Assembly (NCBI RefSeq): GCF_963921235.1
Contig: NC_086108.1
Location: forward strand, 75,084,001-75,148,000
Direction of reading: 5' to 3'
Source: Mobula hypostoma
Lineage: Eukaryota
Length of the DNA: 64,000 nucleotides
Shown: piece by piece, positions 1-12,500 of the stretch
Position numbering within the stretch: position 1 is the first letter of the stretch
Layout of the letters: the number at the start of each line of letters is the position of its first letter
Translations under genes and position numbers: made by a program
The notes under the pieces: model-generated
What the model was told of the DNA's origin: nothing
Seen by the model: the letters and a program-made list of their open reading frames with translations, nothing else
The model's database searches: none

Positions 1-49
1 CTGGGAAAAAGCATCTGACTATCTACATGATCAATGCCTCTCATCATCT

Positions 50-3000
50 TAGAACATAAGACATTGGAGATAACATAAGGACATTTGTCACATCGAATCT
101 GCCTCACCATTCCATCATTTATTATCCCCCTCAACACCAGCTTCCTCTCCATAACCTTTGACACCCTGACTAATCAAGAACCCATCAAACTCTGCTTTAA
201 ATATATTCAATGACTTGGTCTTCACAGCCGTCTGAGGCAATGAATTCCACTGACTCATCACCCTTTGGCTAAAGAAATCTCTCCTCATCTCTGTTCTTAA
301 GGGACATCCTTCTATTCTGAGTCTGTGCCCTCTGGTTTTAGACTCCACTATAGGAAACTAACTAGAACCCTCTGGTTTTAGACTCCATGTCCACTCTATA
401 TAGGCCTTGCAATCTTCACTGGGTTTCAATGAGATTCACCCTCATTCTTTTAAGACCATAAGACATAGAAGAAGAATTAGCCCATTTAGCCCATCAAGAC
501 TGCTCTGCCATTCAATCATGGTTGATCCTTTTTTACCCCTCCTCAGCTCGACATGCAGGCCTTCTCCCCATAGCCTTTGGTGCCATGGCCGATCAAGAAC
601 CTATCTACCTCCACCTTAAATACACCCAACAACCTGGCCTCCACAGCTGCCTGTGGTAACAAATTCTACAAATTCACCACTCTCTAGCTAAAGAAATTTC
701 TCCACATCTCTGTTTTAAATGGATGCCCCTCTATCCTGAGACTGTGCCCTCTTGTCCTAGACTTCCCCACCATGGGAAACATCCTTTCCACATCTGCTTT
801 GCCTAGGCCTTTCAACATTCTAAAGGTTTCAATGAGATCCCCCTTCATCCTTCTAAATTCCAGCAATTTCAGGCCCAAAGCCATCAAATGTTCCTCATAT
901 GAAAACTATTTCATTTCCAGAATCATCTCCGTGAACCTCCTCTGAAACCTCTCCAATGGCAACACATCTTTTCTTAGATAAGGAGCCCAAAATTGTTCGC
1001 AATACTCAAGGTGAGACCTCACTAGTGCCTTATAAATCCTCATCATCATATCCCTGCTCTCGTATTCTAGACCTCTTGAAATGAATGCTAACTTGGCATT
1101 TGCCTTCTATACCTCTAACTCAACCTGCAAGTTAACCTTTAGGGTGTTCTTCAGAAGGACTCCCAAGTCCCTTTGCACCTCAGATTTTTGGATTTCCACC
1201 CTGTTTAGAAAATAGTCTTCAAATTTATTTCTTCAACCAAAGTGCATGACTGTGCTTTTTCCAACATTGTATTTCATTTGCTACTTTCTTGCCATTCTCC
1301 TAATTTGTTCAAGTCCTTCTGCAGCCTTTCTGTTTCCTCTGCACTACCTACCCATCCACCAATCTTCGTATCATCTGCAAACGTAGGAAAAAACCATCTA
1401 TTCCATCAGCTAAATCATTTATATACAGCATAAAAAGAACCGGTTCCAACACTGACTCCTGCGGAACACCACTAGTCACTGGCAGCCAACCAGAAAAGGA
1501 TCCTTTTATTCTCTAATCATTTTGATAACTTTCCTGTAGTACCATGGGCTCATAACTTGGTAAGCAGTCTCATGTGTGGCACCTTGTCAAGGGCCTTCTG
1601 AAAATTCAAAATTCAAATGATGAACCATTGGAATTCAAATATACAACATCCACTGTATCCCTTTTATCTATCCAACTTGTAATCTCTTCAAAGAATTCCA
1701 ATAGGTTCATCAGGCAAGATTTTCCCTTAAGGTAACCATGCTGACATTGTCCTACCTTGTTCTGTGCCAGCAAGTACTACATAACCTCATCTTTAACAAT
1801 AGACTCCTACATCTTCCCAACAACTGAGGTCAGGTTAACTGGTCTATAATTTCCTTTCTGCTGCCTCCCTCCTTTCTTAAAGAGTGGAGTAACAGTTCCA
1901 ACTTTCCAGTCGTCTGGAACCATGCCAGAGTCAAATGATTCTTGTAAGATCATTACTAAGGCCTCCACAATCTCTATGGCTGCCTCTTTCAGAACCCTAG
2001 GGTGTAGTTCATCTGGTCCGGGTAACTCATGTACCCTTGGGTCCTTTCATCTTTTTGAGCACCCTTTCCCTTGTAATAGTAACTGCACTCACTTCTCTTC
2101 CCTCACACCCTTTAACATCTAGCAGAGGGCTAATGTCTTCCACAGTGAAGGCAGATGCAAAATACTCATTTAGTTCATTTGCCATCTCCTTGTCCCCCAT
2201 GAGTATTTCTCCAGCTTAATTTTCAATCCTATATCCACTCTCATCTCTCTTATTTTTTATATACTTGAAAAAGCTTTTTCTATCCACCTTGATATTGTTT
2301 ACTAGCTTCCTTTCATATTTCATCTTTTCCCTCCTAATTATTCTTTTAATTGCTCTCTGTAAGTTTTTAAATCTTCCCGATCTTCTATCTTACTGGTAAT
2401 TTTTGCTATGTTGTATGACCTCTCTTTTGCTTTTGCATTAGCTTTGACTTCCCTTGTCAGCCACATTTTTACTATTTTGCATTTGAGTATTTCCTTGTTT
2501 TTTGAATACATTTATCCTGCACCTTCCTCATATTTTCCAGAAACTCAACCCATTGCTGCTCTGTAGTTGTCCCTGCCAGCATCTCCTTTCAATTTACTTT
2601 GGCCAGCTCCTCTCTCAAAACACTGTAATTTCCCTTACTCAACTGAAATACTACTACATTAGACTACATTCTCCCAATCAAATTTCAAGTTGAACTCAAT
2701 CATATTGTGATCACTATCTCCTATGGTTCCTTTGCCTTAAGCTCCCTAATTGCCTCTGGTTCATTACATAGCACTCAATCCAGTATAGCTGATCCCCTAG
2801 TGTCCTCAACAGCAAACTGTTCTAAAAAGCCATCTCGTAGGCATTCAACAAATTATCAGGACTGATTTGGACAGGATGGTTCCAATTTTCCTAATCGACC
2901 TGCACGTTAAAGTCTCCCATGACTATAATAACATCGCCCTTTTGACATGCCTTTTTTATTTCCCATTGTGATCTATGGTCCACATTCCAGCTAATGTTGA

Positions 3001-3500
3001 GAGCCCTGTACGCAACTGCCATCAGGGTCCTTTTACTCTTGCAGTTTCTTAACTCAGCCCACAAGGATTCAACATCTTCTGATCCTTTGTCACATCTTTC
3101 TACTGATTATATGCTATTCTTTACCAGTAGAACCATGCCTCCCCCCTGCCTAACTTCTTATCCCTCTGATACAACATGTAACCTTGGACATTCAGCTCCC
3201 AACTATAACTATCCTTCAGCCACGATTCAGTGATGGCCACAACATCATACCCGACAATCAGTAGAAGTGCAACAAGATGATCATCCACATTATGTCTTAT
3301 ATTTCGTGCATTGAGATATAACACTTTGAGTTCTGTATTTGCTATCCGTTTTGATTCTGCATCCCATAGCACTGATACTCACCCTGCTGGCTGTAATGTT
3401 GTCCTATCTTCTGCTTGCCCTTCCTTAAACTCCAATGACTACAGGCCTAAGGCCATCAAATGCACCTCATACGTTAACACTTTAATTCCTGGCATCATCA
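50..3500 (-). mobile_element. Nested CR1 (HER1-like) LINEs: a long ORF2-containing copy (~453-3428) inserted into an older CR1 3' fragment (50-452 plus 3429-3500)
   Basis: ORFs 115..348 and 684..887 give the CR1 ORF2 C-terminus (TRGHSLRI...FFSQRV). ORF 3121..3372 gives an APE endonuclease N-terminus (VLYLNARNI...DVVAITESWL). The older copy resumes at 3429. Many frameshifts and stops. Confidence 0.9.
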
Positions 3501-4290
3501 CCTATTCTCATTCTAGGTTATCTCTTTTCCAAGTTTAATATTATAAACCAAACTGATAATTTGATTAAAAGCATTTAAATTCCAATTGTGTACATGGAAT
3601 GCACAGATATGGCAGCTTATTTATATTGAAATGTTGATGATGATAATGAGTATTCTGATTCTTTCTTTTCATTGTTGGATGAATAAAATTATGTGTCAGG
3701 GATAATTTTTTCTACCAACATTGTATAAGACGTTATAAGATGGAAAACAATCGCTTTGTTCTCCTTTACACTCATGCACTGAAGAATGACAATAAACAAA
3801 CGTGAGTCTCTGTACTAATCATATTAAGAGTGAAAAATCTGACACTGAGCATATCGTCCAAAGTCAAAGTCTATCCAACAACATTATCAAATAAGCAACA
3901 GAAGGGATTAATAATTCCGCAGCACAACACAAGCTGAAGTGGATTTGAACTTATGGTGAAGTTGTATAGGGCATGAAATGGTCTACATAATTTGTATCAA
4001 CATTGAAGAATTCTAGCCTTTTTCAATAAAAAAATTCATAGTCAGTTGATTTACTACAAGCATTCTACTCTGGGAAGTCAACAGACCTGTTCAGCCAGAT
4101 ATAGAGAGCATGATTTTTCACTTCTTGCATAAAAAAATTGTGTCTAGCCTTAATGCACAGCATAATTTTCCACATCTCCTGTCCCCACCCCTAATAAAAT
4201 AGCTCAAGTGCTCAATCTAACATCTTAGTACATCAGCTTACTCGATCCACAAGTAAAACCAGCAAAGAAGGAAAACACTGCACTATCTGC

Positions 4291-4686
4291 AGGGGGGATC
4301 TTATTGAAACGTATAAAATCCTAAAGGGATTGGACAGGCTAGATGCAGGAAGATTGTTCCCGATGTTGGGGAAGTCCAGAATGAGGGGTCACAGTTTGAG
4401 AATAAAGGGGAAGCCTTTTAGGACCGAGATTAGGAAAAACTTCTTCACACAGAGAATGGTGAATCTGTGGAATTCTCTGCCACAGGAAACAGTTGAGGCC
4501 AGTTCATTGACTATATTTAAGAGGGAGTTAGATATGGCCCTTGTGGCTAAAGGGATCAGGGGGTATGGAGGGAAGGCTGGTGCAGGGTTCTGAGTTGGAT
4601 GATCAGCCATGATCATACTGAATGACGGTGCAGGCTCGAAGGGCCGAATGGCCTACTCCTGCACCTATTTTCTACATTTTCTATGT
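4291..4686 (+). mobile_element. Young CR1 LINE 3' fragment
   Basis: ORF 4330..4593 (RGHSLRIKGKPFRTEIRKNFFTQRMVNLWNSLP), then a 3'UTR with GGGCCGAATGGCCT and a TTCTAT-type tail. Near-identical to the inverted copy at 63613-63837. Confidence 0.9.
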
Positions 4687-4714
4687 CTATCTTCCTTTAG
4701 TTTTGGTGCTGAAG

Positions 4715-5205
4715 ATCACTGGAACTTATTTCCCATCTGAGTAGCCTCCAACTTGACAACATGAACATCCATTTTGCTAGCTTCTGGTAATTTCTCCCCT
4801 CTCCCCCTCCCCTCTTTTTCCATTCCCTTCTTACTGACCCCTTCCCTTCTCCTCATCTGTCTATCACTTCACTCTGGTGCCACAACTCCTTCCTTTTCTC
4901 CCATGGTCCACTCTCCTCTCCTATCAGATTCCATTTTTTTCAGCCCTTTACCTTTTCCACCTATCACCTCCCAGCTTCTCACTTCATCCCACCTCCCCTA
5001 CCTACATAAATTCCTCCTCACCTGATTTCACCTATCATCTTCAAACTTGAGCTCCTTCCACTCATCCCACTTTCTTACTCTGGCTTCTTCCCCATTCCTT
5101 TTCAGTCCTGATGAAGGTTCGCAGCCTGAACTGTTGGTTTCTTTATCCCTTTCTGTAGACACTGCCTGACCTGCTGAGCTCCCCAGCATTTTAAGCAAGT
5201 TACCC
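4715..5205 (+). mobile_element. Penelope-like element 3' end (older subfamily) with decayed hammerhead motif
   Basis: End of GIY-YIG coding sequence, pyrimidine-rich 3' region, AGTCCTGATGAAGG..GCCTGAA at ~5104, then CTGCCTGACCTGCTGAG terminus. Confidence 0.8.
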
Positions 5206-5358
5206 TGTAACTAACTTATTTGTGTGTTTCAATGTTCTGCAGTAGAAAAACCCGATAAACATTGCTTCTTCTTGAAGTTAGTTAGGTCATCAAAACTGTC
5301 TTTGCCTGTCTTCTCACTTCATCCTAGTGTTGTGTGATAAACAATTCTCTTTCTGCAG

Positions 5359-5415
5359 GGGTGGCTGCAAGGGAGTATCAAAGGAAGGATAGATTTTCCA
5401 TCTCTCCAAGAAAAG
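5359..5415 (+). other. Candidate 57-nt exon of unknown transcript
   Basis: Acceptor TTCTCTTTCTGCAG and donor AAG|GTATTT; length is a multiple of 3; two frames open (GWLQGSIKGRIDFPSLQEK / VAAREYQRKDRFSISPRK). No homolog recognised. Confidence 0.2.
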
Positions 5416-6857
5416 GTATTTTGAGGCAACGCTAACCCATTCTATGTTCTCATACTCTGCTCATTTGAATGATTATGCAAATGATCAATGCTAACCATAC
5501 TATGTATTGGCCTCACATATCCAAGGACCCAATATTGTCATTTGTACTAGCCTTCACCTTTAAAGACAATATAAATTACAGATGGAGGTTCTGTTAGAAA
5601 TTGTGCAATTCATTGATTGGACCTAGGAAATCTTGAGGAATGGCCTACTATAGGATAGAGCAGGCTTTGAAGATGCATGTTAATTAGCTTCATGACGTGT
5701 CCATGGGCATAGTTCAAACAGACCTTCCGCCCATATTCAAAACCTATGCACCAATATGGAATTTTCAACAGAAATCTGCAACAGATCTTCAAACAAATGT
5801 TTTAAGTACAGTCTCATGCTTCAGGTATACCAACATAATTTACATTTAGTGCAGCACTTGTATTTGTCAGCTTCAGTAATATATTTCCATTTTTCATAGA
5901 AAGATGAAGATTCAGAACATTAAAAAAATGAATGCACCTACTTCCAAGTAGGTATAAAAAATAGCCAACAGAAATGAGAACCCTGTCAAACTGAGAAAAG
6001 TATAATTGGAAACAACATTTTACAAAATTGAATTTGCCATTACCTGAAGGGATCATTACTTCTATAAAAAGTGTCCAGACAAAGTGTTATTAATGTTGTC
6101 TTTATATAATACAAATTATACCATTGGACCAAATGGTGCTTATACCATCTGTGGAGCTATTCATTCCTGTCTGGATACACTGGCTGTAATTATGTGTGTA
6201 TAGCTTATACCGAATCTTGAAGGAAGCCTTATTAGTGTTGCCAGACAGGGAGACAGAACTGGTTGACCTCAGGAAGATTTACAACTTACACCAGTCACTT
6301 ACAACTGAGGGCCCAGTTTCATTTGAGTTTACAGCTTCTTAGACAGTCCAAGTAAATAACTAATTCTGAACTTCTAAACATGCAAAGATAAAACATGGCT
6401 ATCACCATTGCATTAATTTGTAAACTAAAGTAAGCAATGAATAAATTACAAATCATCTGTTGATAAATTGGGTGTTTTGACAGGGCTGATTTGGACAGCA
6501 TGGTTCCAATTTGAATCTGAGGCTATAGAGATGAAAATCCACCCCATTGTTTCCAAGGTTTGAAAGGAAAGGGCAATTTAGCAGAAATCTTCTGTTCCAG
6601 CTTTATGTTGTTGCTTATTAGAAAGCTGATCTTTGTGCCTGTGGCTGAGAATAGAGTTAAGCCCGATTTTAATTTCCATTGCATAGTAACAGACAAGAAC
6701 GATATGGGTTATCAAACTATGACCTCTGAAAAAGTGATATTAGTTCTGTCTGCAAAGCGTAAAGTAGTTCAATTACAATACTGGGATTTTCTACTGAAGC
6801 ACTGAAATTCATATTCACAGTCGGAGGTCTTTAATTCATACCCTCCTGACAAATGGT

Positions 6858-7463
6858 GGTGGTTGGTATCTGTCTGTCTCGAAGGATAATGGGTGATGAT
6901 CGTTATCATCACAAGCCTGGGCAGAAGGTATGAGAGCCTGAGGTGCCCAGTCGAAAAGATCTCCCTCTTGGCCTCAGCAGCTTATAAAGCAATACACTTG
7001 GCACCAGTTTGGTTGCAGAAGATGCCGGAAGGATGTTCAATGACATCCAGCTGCTTTAGAGGCTTCACTCCGGTTTTGCTGTCTGGGTTTACTCCCGTAG
7101 CCTCATCTCTCCCGAGGCTGCCCACAAGGCAGTACGGCTATTTACCCGTAGCTGGGGATCTGGTTCACAAGCATTAGGGCGTGTCCACAGGCTGGTGGGC
7201 CTGCGTGCTACCTGTGCAGGGGCCAGACCTCCTCCCCATCCTCTGCAGTTCAGCCTGAGTCCAAAAGGAGTTCAGTTTTCATGTGTCGCCAGCGAGGAGG
7301 ATTGCTGTTAGAGTGGCTAAGTACTGGCAGAGAGAGACTTACACACTCAGCTTTCCTTTTCAGGAGACTGCTAGCCAACGGCGGTAGTTGAAAGTGAGAG
7401 TGACAAGCACTACCCACTACACCACCACACTAGAAGCGTCACAACAAACATTTTGACACCAAA
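6858..7463 (-). mobile_element. Non-autonomous RTE-related SINE-like element, probably full length, with internal HDV-like ribozyme
   Basis: Degenerate TSD CCCTCCTGACAAATGGT (6841-6857) / CCATCCTAACAAATAGT (7464-7480). A-box-like head GTGGTGTAGTGGGTAG on the minus strand, ACC-type tail. Second 5'-truncated copy at ~57033-57350. Confidence 0.75.
7244..7346 (-). ncRNA. Degenerate HDV-like self-cleaving ribozyme
   Basis: Minus strand reads P1 GTGTGTA...GACACAT; P3/L3 (T)CC TCCTCGCT GGC; P4 CTGA..TCC TTTT GGA.TCAG; J4/2 GCTGA; P2 3' ACTGCA. The 14-mer CCTCCTCGCTGGCG matches the P3-L3-P3 core of the genomic HDV ribozyme. Confidence 0.65.
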
Positions 7464-7764
7464 CCATCCTAACAAATAGTATGTTAAAGGAGAAGTAAAT
7501 GAATAATTGCTTTTATTAAACAGAAGGATCAGTCATTCATTGCATTTTTACCCAGGCTCCTTAGAATCAGCTTTCTTGCTTCACTATGATCCTGCTACAT
7601 TCCATTTGCTCAATCACAACTGGAGAAGTGGTAAGGTACTGGAATGATAATGATCTAGATTATGTCTAGGTTTTACTCATTGCTCCAAGATAAAAGAAGA
7701 CTGCCTCCTCTTCACTTTTCAATTCTTCTCTGAATCCCATGTTTTACATTAAAGTAATAAACTC

Positions 7765-8030
7765 TAAATAGACATTCCTTTAGAACAGAAATGAGAAGGA
7801 ATTTCTTCAGCCAGATTGTGGCGAATCTGCAGGCAGCTGTGGAGGCCAAGCTATCAGGTACAGTCTGTTTAAAGTGGAGGTTGATGGGTTCCTGATTAAT
7901 AAGGTGGGCAAAGGTCATGAGGAGAAGGCAGGAGAATGGCGTTGAGAGAGATAATAAATCAGCCGTGATTGAGCAGAATCAAAGGGCTAAATTGCCTAAT
8001 TCTGCTTCTATGTCTTATAGTCTTTTAGTC
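7765..8030 (+). mobile_element. CR1 3' fragment
   Basis: CCTTTAGAACAGAAATGAGAAGGAATTTCTTCAGCCAG and a TCTTATAGTC-type tail. Confidence 0.8.
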
Positions 8031-8167
8031 TAAAGTATAGACTAAAAGGTGTGTTCAGCAGCTGAGCAGACATGTGGGAAATCCCTCAGCTGTACAACAG
8101 GGTAAGCTAGTATAATAACTGCAGTCCCATTCATTTCAATAGGCACGCCAAACCTATCATGAACAGT

Positions 8168-9320
8168 AACACATACAAAATGCTGGAGGAACTCAGCAGG
8201 TCAGGCAGCATCTGTGGAAATGAAGGTGATAAATGAAGCCAGGTGGGAAGCAAATGTAAAGTGCTTGAGAGGAAGGAATCTGATAGGAGAACGGGCAGGA
8301 AGAGGGAGCCAGGGGAAGGTGATAGGCAGGTGAGAAGAGGTAAGAGACTAGAATGGGGAATAGAAGAAGAGGGAATTTTTTTTTCACCAGAAGGAGAAAC
8401 TGAACCTTATGCCATCAGGTTTGAGGCAGTGTTCCCTCTAATTTGTAATGACCAGTGTGTGCAAAATTCTTGTGCAGTGCAATTTTTTTCCCTTGTGACA
8501 ACAACATTTGCGTACTGAATAATTTCTTCAATAAAAACAGCATAAGTAAGCCAGTTCTAAATTCTGCAGACAAATCATCGCAAACTCCACGTTGTCAAAA
8601 CTGCATGCATGAGAAGCCGGAAAAGGAAATGTGATTGTGAACGATTGTGAAATATATTTAACATGCCAACAAGGTAGAGGGTGACAACCTTTTGGGCACA
8701 GTTTAAATTCCTTTGTGCACTAGTAGCAAAAGATGTATGTGTGTGCACATGTGCATACCTTAGAAGGAACATTGGTTTGAGACTACCTGGACAGAATATA
8801 GATATTACTCTTCCACCCTGAGGGTGGCCTCATTATGGGACAAGAAGTGGTCATGGACCGACATGTCAGAATGGGGAAGGGAATCAGAATTAAAATGTTT
8901 GGCCATTGGGAAATACTGCTTTTGGTGGATGGAGCAGAGATGCTTGACGAAGCAGTTCCCCAATTTACAACAAGTCTCAGTAATGTAGAGGATGCCACAT
9001 CGGGAGCACTGGAAACAATAGATGACCCCAGCAGAAACCTGGGTGAAGTGTTGCCTCATGTGGAAGGTCTGTTTGGGGCCCTGAATGGAGGTGAGGGAGG
9101 AAGTGAATGGGCAGATGTGGCACTTTGACTGCTCGCAGGAGTAAGTGCCCAGAGGGAGATTGGTGAGAAGGGATAAAAGGGAATCACGGAGGGAGTAATT
9201 CCTGCAGAAAGCGGTGGGGGTGGGTTTGGGGGAGGAAGGTAAAGATATGTTTGGTGATAGGATCACTTTGGAGATGGTGGAAGTTGAGAAGGATATGTTG
9301 AATGAGGAGGCTCAGGGGGC
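8168..9320 (-). mobile_element. Penelope-like element fragment (GIY-YIG endonuclease plus 3' end)
   Basis: ORF 8805..9266 (CHICPF...HFTQVSAGVIYCFQCSRCGILYITET...AKHFNS). 3' terminus ACACATACAAAATGCTGGAGGAACTCAGCAGG at 8170. Interrupted by the element at 8427-8774. Confidence 0.9.
8427..8774. mobile_element. hAT-like non-autonomous DNA transposon (MITE)
   Basis: TIRs CAGTGTTCCCTCTAA / TTAGAAGGAACATTG; 8-bp TSD GTTTGAGG (8419-8426) / GTTTGAGA (8775-8782). Confidence 0.8.
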
Positions 9321-9549
9321 CATATTTTACTTATATTAAAATTCTTAATCTTTTAAAATGTCACTTTAAGGAGATTTTAAATGTATTTTAAAAATATTTT
9401 ATTTGGTTATTTAAATGGCTGTGCACATCTAAAAAATATCATTGATTCCAGACTCATTTAGAAACAGTTCCAAAGGCTTTGAGAGTGATTTACCCTGTGG
9501 ATTACCACTTGATATGGTGATCTGTGTGGCCAGCTCTCCACATTTGGCC

Positions 9550-10480
9550 TTTGCATCTGCTCCTCTGCTAAATAAGATCATGTTTCATCTTTCCCATCGG
9601 TGCCATTTCCCCGTTCTAACTCTACACCCCTTGATTCCTTACCATCTAATAGTCTACCTATCTCTGTCTGGAATACCTTCAGTGACTGTGCCTCTACACT
9701 CTCCTTGGCTCAAGGAATCCAAACCATTCACCAGAAGAGGTGGAGAAACTTTTTCTCATCTAAATTCTGAATGGCCGACCACTTATTTTCAGACTGCGAT
9801 CCCCGGTTCAACACATTAAGTCAAGGAAAACGCCATCCACACATGTATCCTATCAAGCTCATAAGAAGTTATGTTTCTGTGAGCTGATCTCTCATCCTTG
9901 TAGTGCCCAGTCTTGTCATCCCCTCATACCAATAAACCCAACATCCCATCAATCTATCTGGTGAATTTTTTTGCGTTATTTTTATTGAAAATTCATCCTT
10001 CCTTAGTAATAGAGACTGGATCTGTATATAGTTCATACCCAATCTCCCCAGATCCCAGTATATGTTCAGCAAGGTAATTTTAGCTTTAAGATAAAGACCA
10101 ATATACTGGTTTCCCTCTATTGTTTTTTTCTATCCACATGTTAAGTTTTGGGAATGCAAACACGAGAAAATCTGCAGATGCTGGAAATTCAAGCAACACA
10201 CACAAAATGCTGGTGGAACGCAGCAGGCCAGGCAGCATCTATAGAAAGAAGTACAGTCTGGCCTGCTGCGTTCCACCAGCATTTTGTGTATGTTGTTAAG
10301 TTTTGGGAATCATTTTCAAAGATCCTCAGGTTCCTCTGAATGTCAACATTATTATCCCTCTTACTTCATGTTTTTACTTTTTCTACCATAGTGAAGGGCC
10401 TTATATTTTTTACATCACATTCTCTCTGCGATGTCCATGCCCATTCACGTAGCAAGCTTATACACCCTTAAATACCTTCA
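9550..10480 (-). mobile_element. Old decayed CR1 fragment
   Basis: Diverged CR1 3' motifs (CCAAACCATTCACC..GAAACTTTTCTCATCT); interrupted by the PLE insertion at 10156. Confidence 0.55.
10156..10293. mobile_element. Head-to-head (fold-back) PLE 3'-end insertion
   Basis: Inverted arms of the PLE terminus; exact 17-bp TSD TGTTAAGTTTTGGGAAT at 10139-10155 and 10294-10310. Confidence 0.9.
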
Positions 10481-11379
10481 GCGTCATCCTCGCAACCACC
10501 ACTAAGTATGTTATACTTAATTCCTAAATCCAAAATCTGCCTTACTGTTGAAAATAATTCCAAAGCAATAGAGACCAGTTTTCATGTAGTACAATTACAT
10601 TAGAATGTATTTCAAACTAAAAAGAACAACTTTCTTTACCAATTTTTGTTTTCATTGAAGTAAAATAAATCTTATTTGGAATTTACTTCAGTCAAGTGAT
10701 GTCTGCTGTCATAATAAATCTCCTTCAATTTTTTAATGTCCCTGACAGCAAGAACATCAACAGAAAATGTGTTTGGTTCTTTACCTGGTTTAGGTTCCAT
10801 GGCTAGCCTTTGAGAAGAGGGAGCCCACTTAAACTTTTATACTGCAAATGGGCTTTATGTGGTTGAATGTCACCCATTCCTTTTGGGTTTGTGGGTATTA
10901 CACTCCAACAGGAACTAACTCTATAGTATTAAAAGTCCACATCAAAATTATTGTAGCCAAACAATCAATTCTTGAGGGGAATAAATTAAAATATGTCAAC
11001 CATATGTGAGCCAAGTTTTATTGGATCTCAGTCTTATAAAGAAAAACTGTTATATGGATCCTGTAATGTCTTGGGAGCTTTGAAGGATTTAAATTAGATT
11101 ACAATTCAGAAACTCTGTTAACATTTTCTCGTCACTTGGTCACTGATTCAGGTTGAATCCTGTCAAGGGATGAGTGTCTCTTAAAAACTGAACAGCTTGT
11201 AAGTTCAGGTGTTAATCTAAATAGTTTCAGACTCACAAACCCTTAACAGCCATATGTGATCAGTTTATTTCCAAATCTTTTGAACTTCCTTAACAGAGTC
11301 AAATATATGAGACAAAATGCAAGTACCAATAAACAGTTCTGAAGAAAAATTACTAGTCTTTTGTGTTTTCAAAGTCAAA

Positions 11380-12500
11380 TACATGGCCCATATCCTTTGT
11401 TCCCTTTCCTATCCGTGTACCTTTCAAAATGCCGGTTAAATGATTGTATCTGTCTCTACCACCTCTTTTGGCAGCTTGTTCCATATACCCACCACTAAAA
11501 ATTTTGCCTCTCCAGTCTCTCCTCATAACTCAACCCCACTGGGAGTGGAGGGCTTGAGTTATGAGGAGAGACTGGATTGGCTGGAAGTGTTCTCCCTGCA
11601 GCAAAGGAGGCTGAGAAGTGACCTTAAAGAAGTTTATAAAATCATGTTCAAGATGGATTGCCCAAGTCTATTTTTCCTGAGTGTAAGGGAATGTAAAAGG
11701 TTTAAAAGGCACTTGAGCAGCAAGCTTTTCGCGCAGAGGATTGTGGGTATATGGAATGAGCCGCAAGTGGAAGTGGTAGAAGCAATAACAATTATAACAT
11801 TTAAAAGATATTTGGACAGGTACATTGACAGGAAAGGAGAGAGAGATTTGGGCCAAATGCGGGTAAATAGGACTAGTTTAGCTATGCACATGGAAGAAAT
11901 GGGCTGAAGGACTTATTTCCAGCTTTATGACTCTGTGACTCCACTTTAATGTCATGAACAAATTTACTTACCAGACCACAGATATTCACATTCAAGTCAT
12001 TTACAGTATATGCTGTATATGGCAATCAGAAAAGGCCCCAGAACCATTCCCTGCAGTAACCCTCTGGTTACAGATTTCCATTCGGAGAAATAACCCTCCA
12101 TCATTACCTCTCCTTCTCTAAACACCAAGACAACTTTGGAATCAGTTTGCCAAAACATTTTGGATCCCACATGCCCTTACATTCTGGACCAGTGTACCCT
12201 GTGGGACCTTGGTGAAGTCCATATCTATTGCCTTGCCTTCATGAATTTTCTTAGTAAGTTCCTCAAAAAAACTCAGTAAGATGTGTGAGGCAGGATTTCC
12301 CATAAACAAAACCAGGCTGACTCCCCCTAATCAGCTTCTGCCTTTTCAAGTGATCGTAAGTCCTGCCCCAAAGAACGTTTCTGAACTGCACCTCCCCTAC
12401 CTGACATAAAGTATTCATTCAGGACACCACATATATCCTAATGTCCACACACAAACTTTACTTTTTTATCCCTGAGGGAACCTACTTTTTCCTTCCCTGA
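11380..12500. mobile_element. Cluster of CR1 fragments in both orientations
   Basis: ORF 11440..11907 (LSYEERLDWLEVFSLQQRRLRSDLKEVYKIM...FAQRIVGIWN) on +; flanking decayed minus-strand CR1 pieces. Confidence 0.75.
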
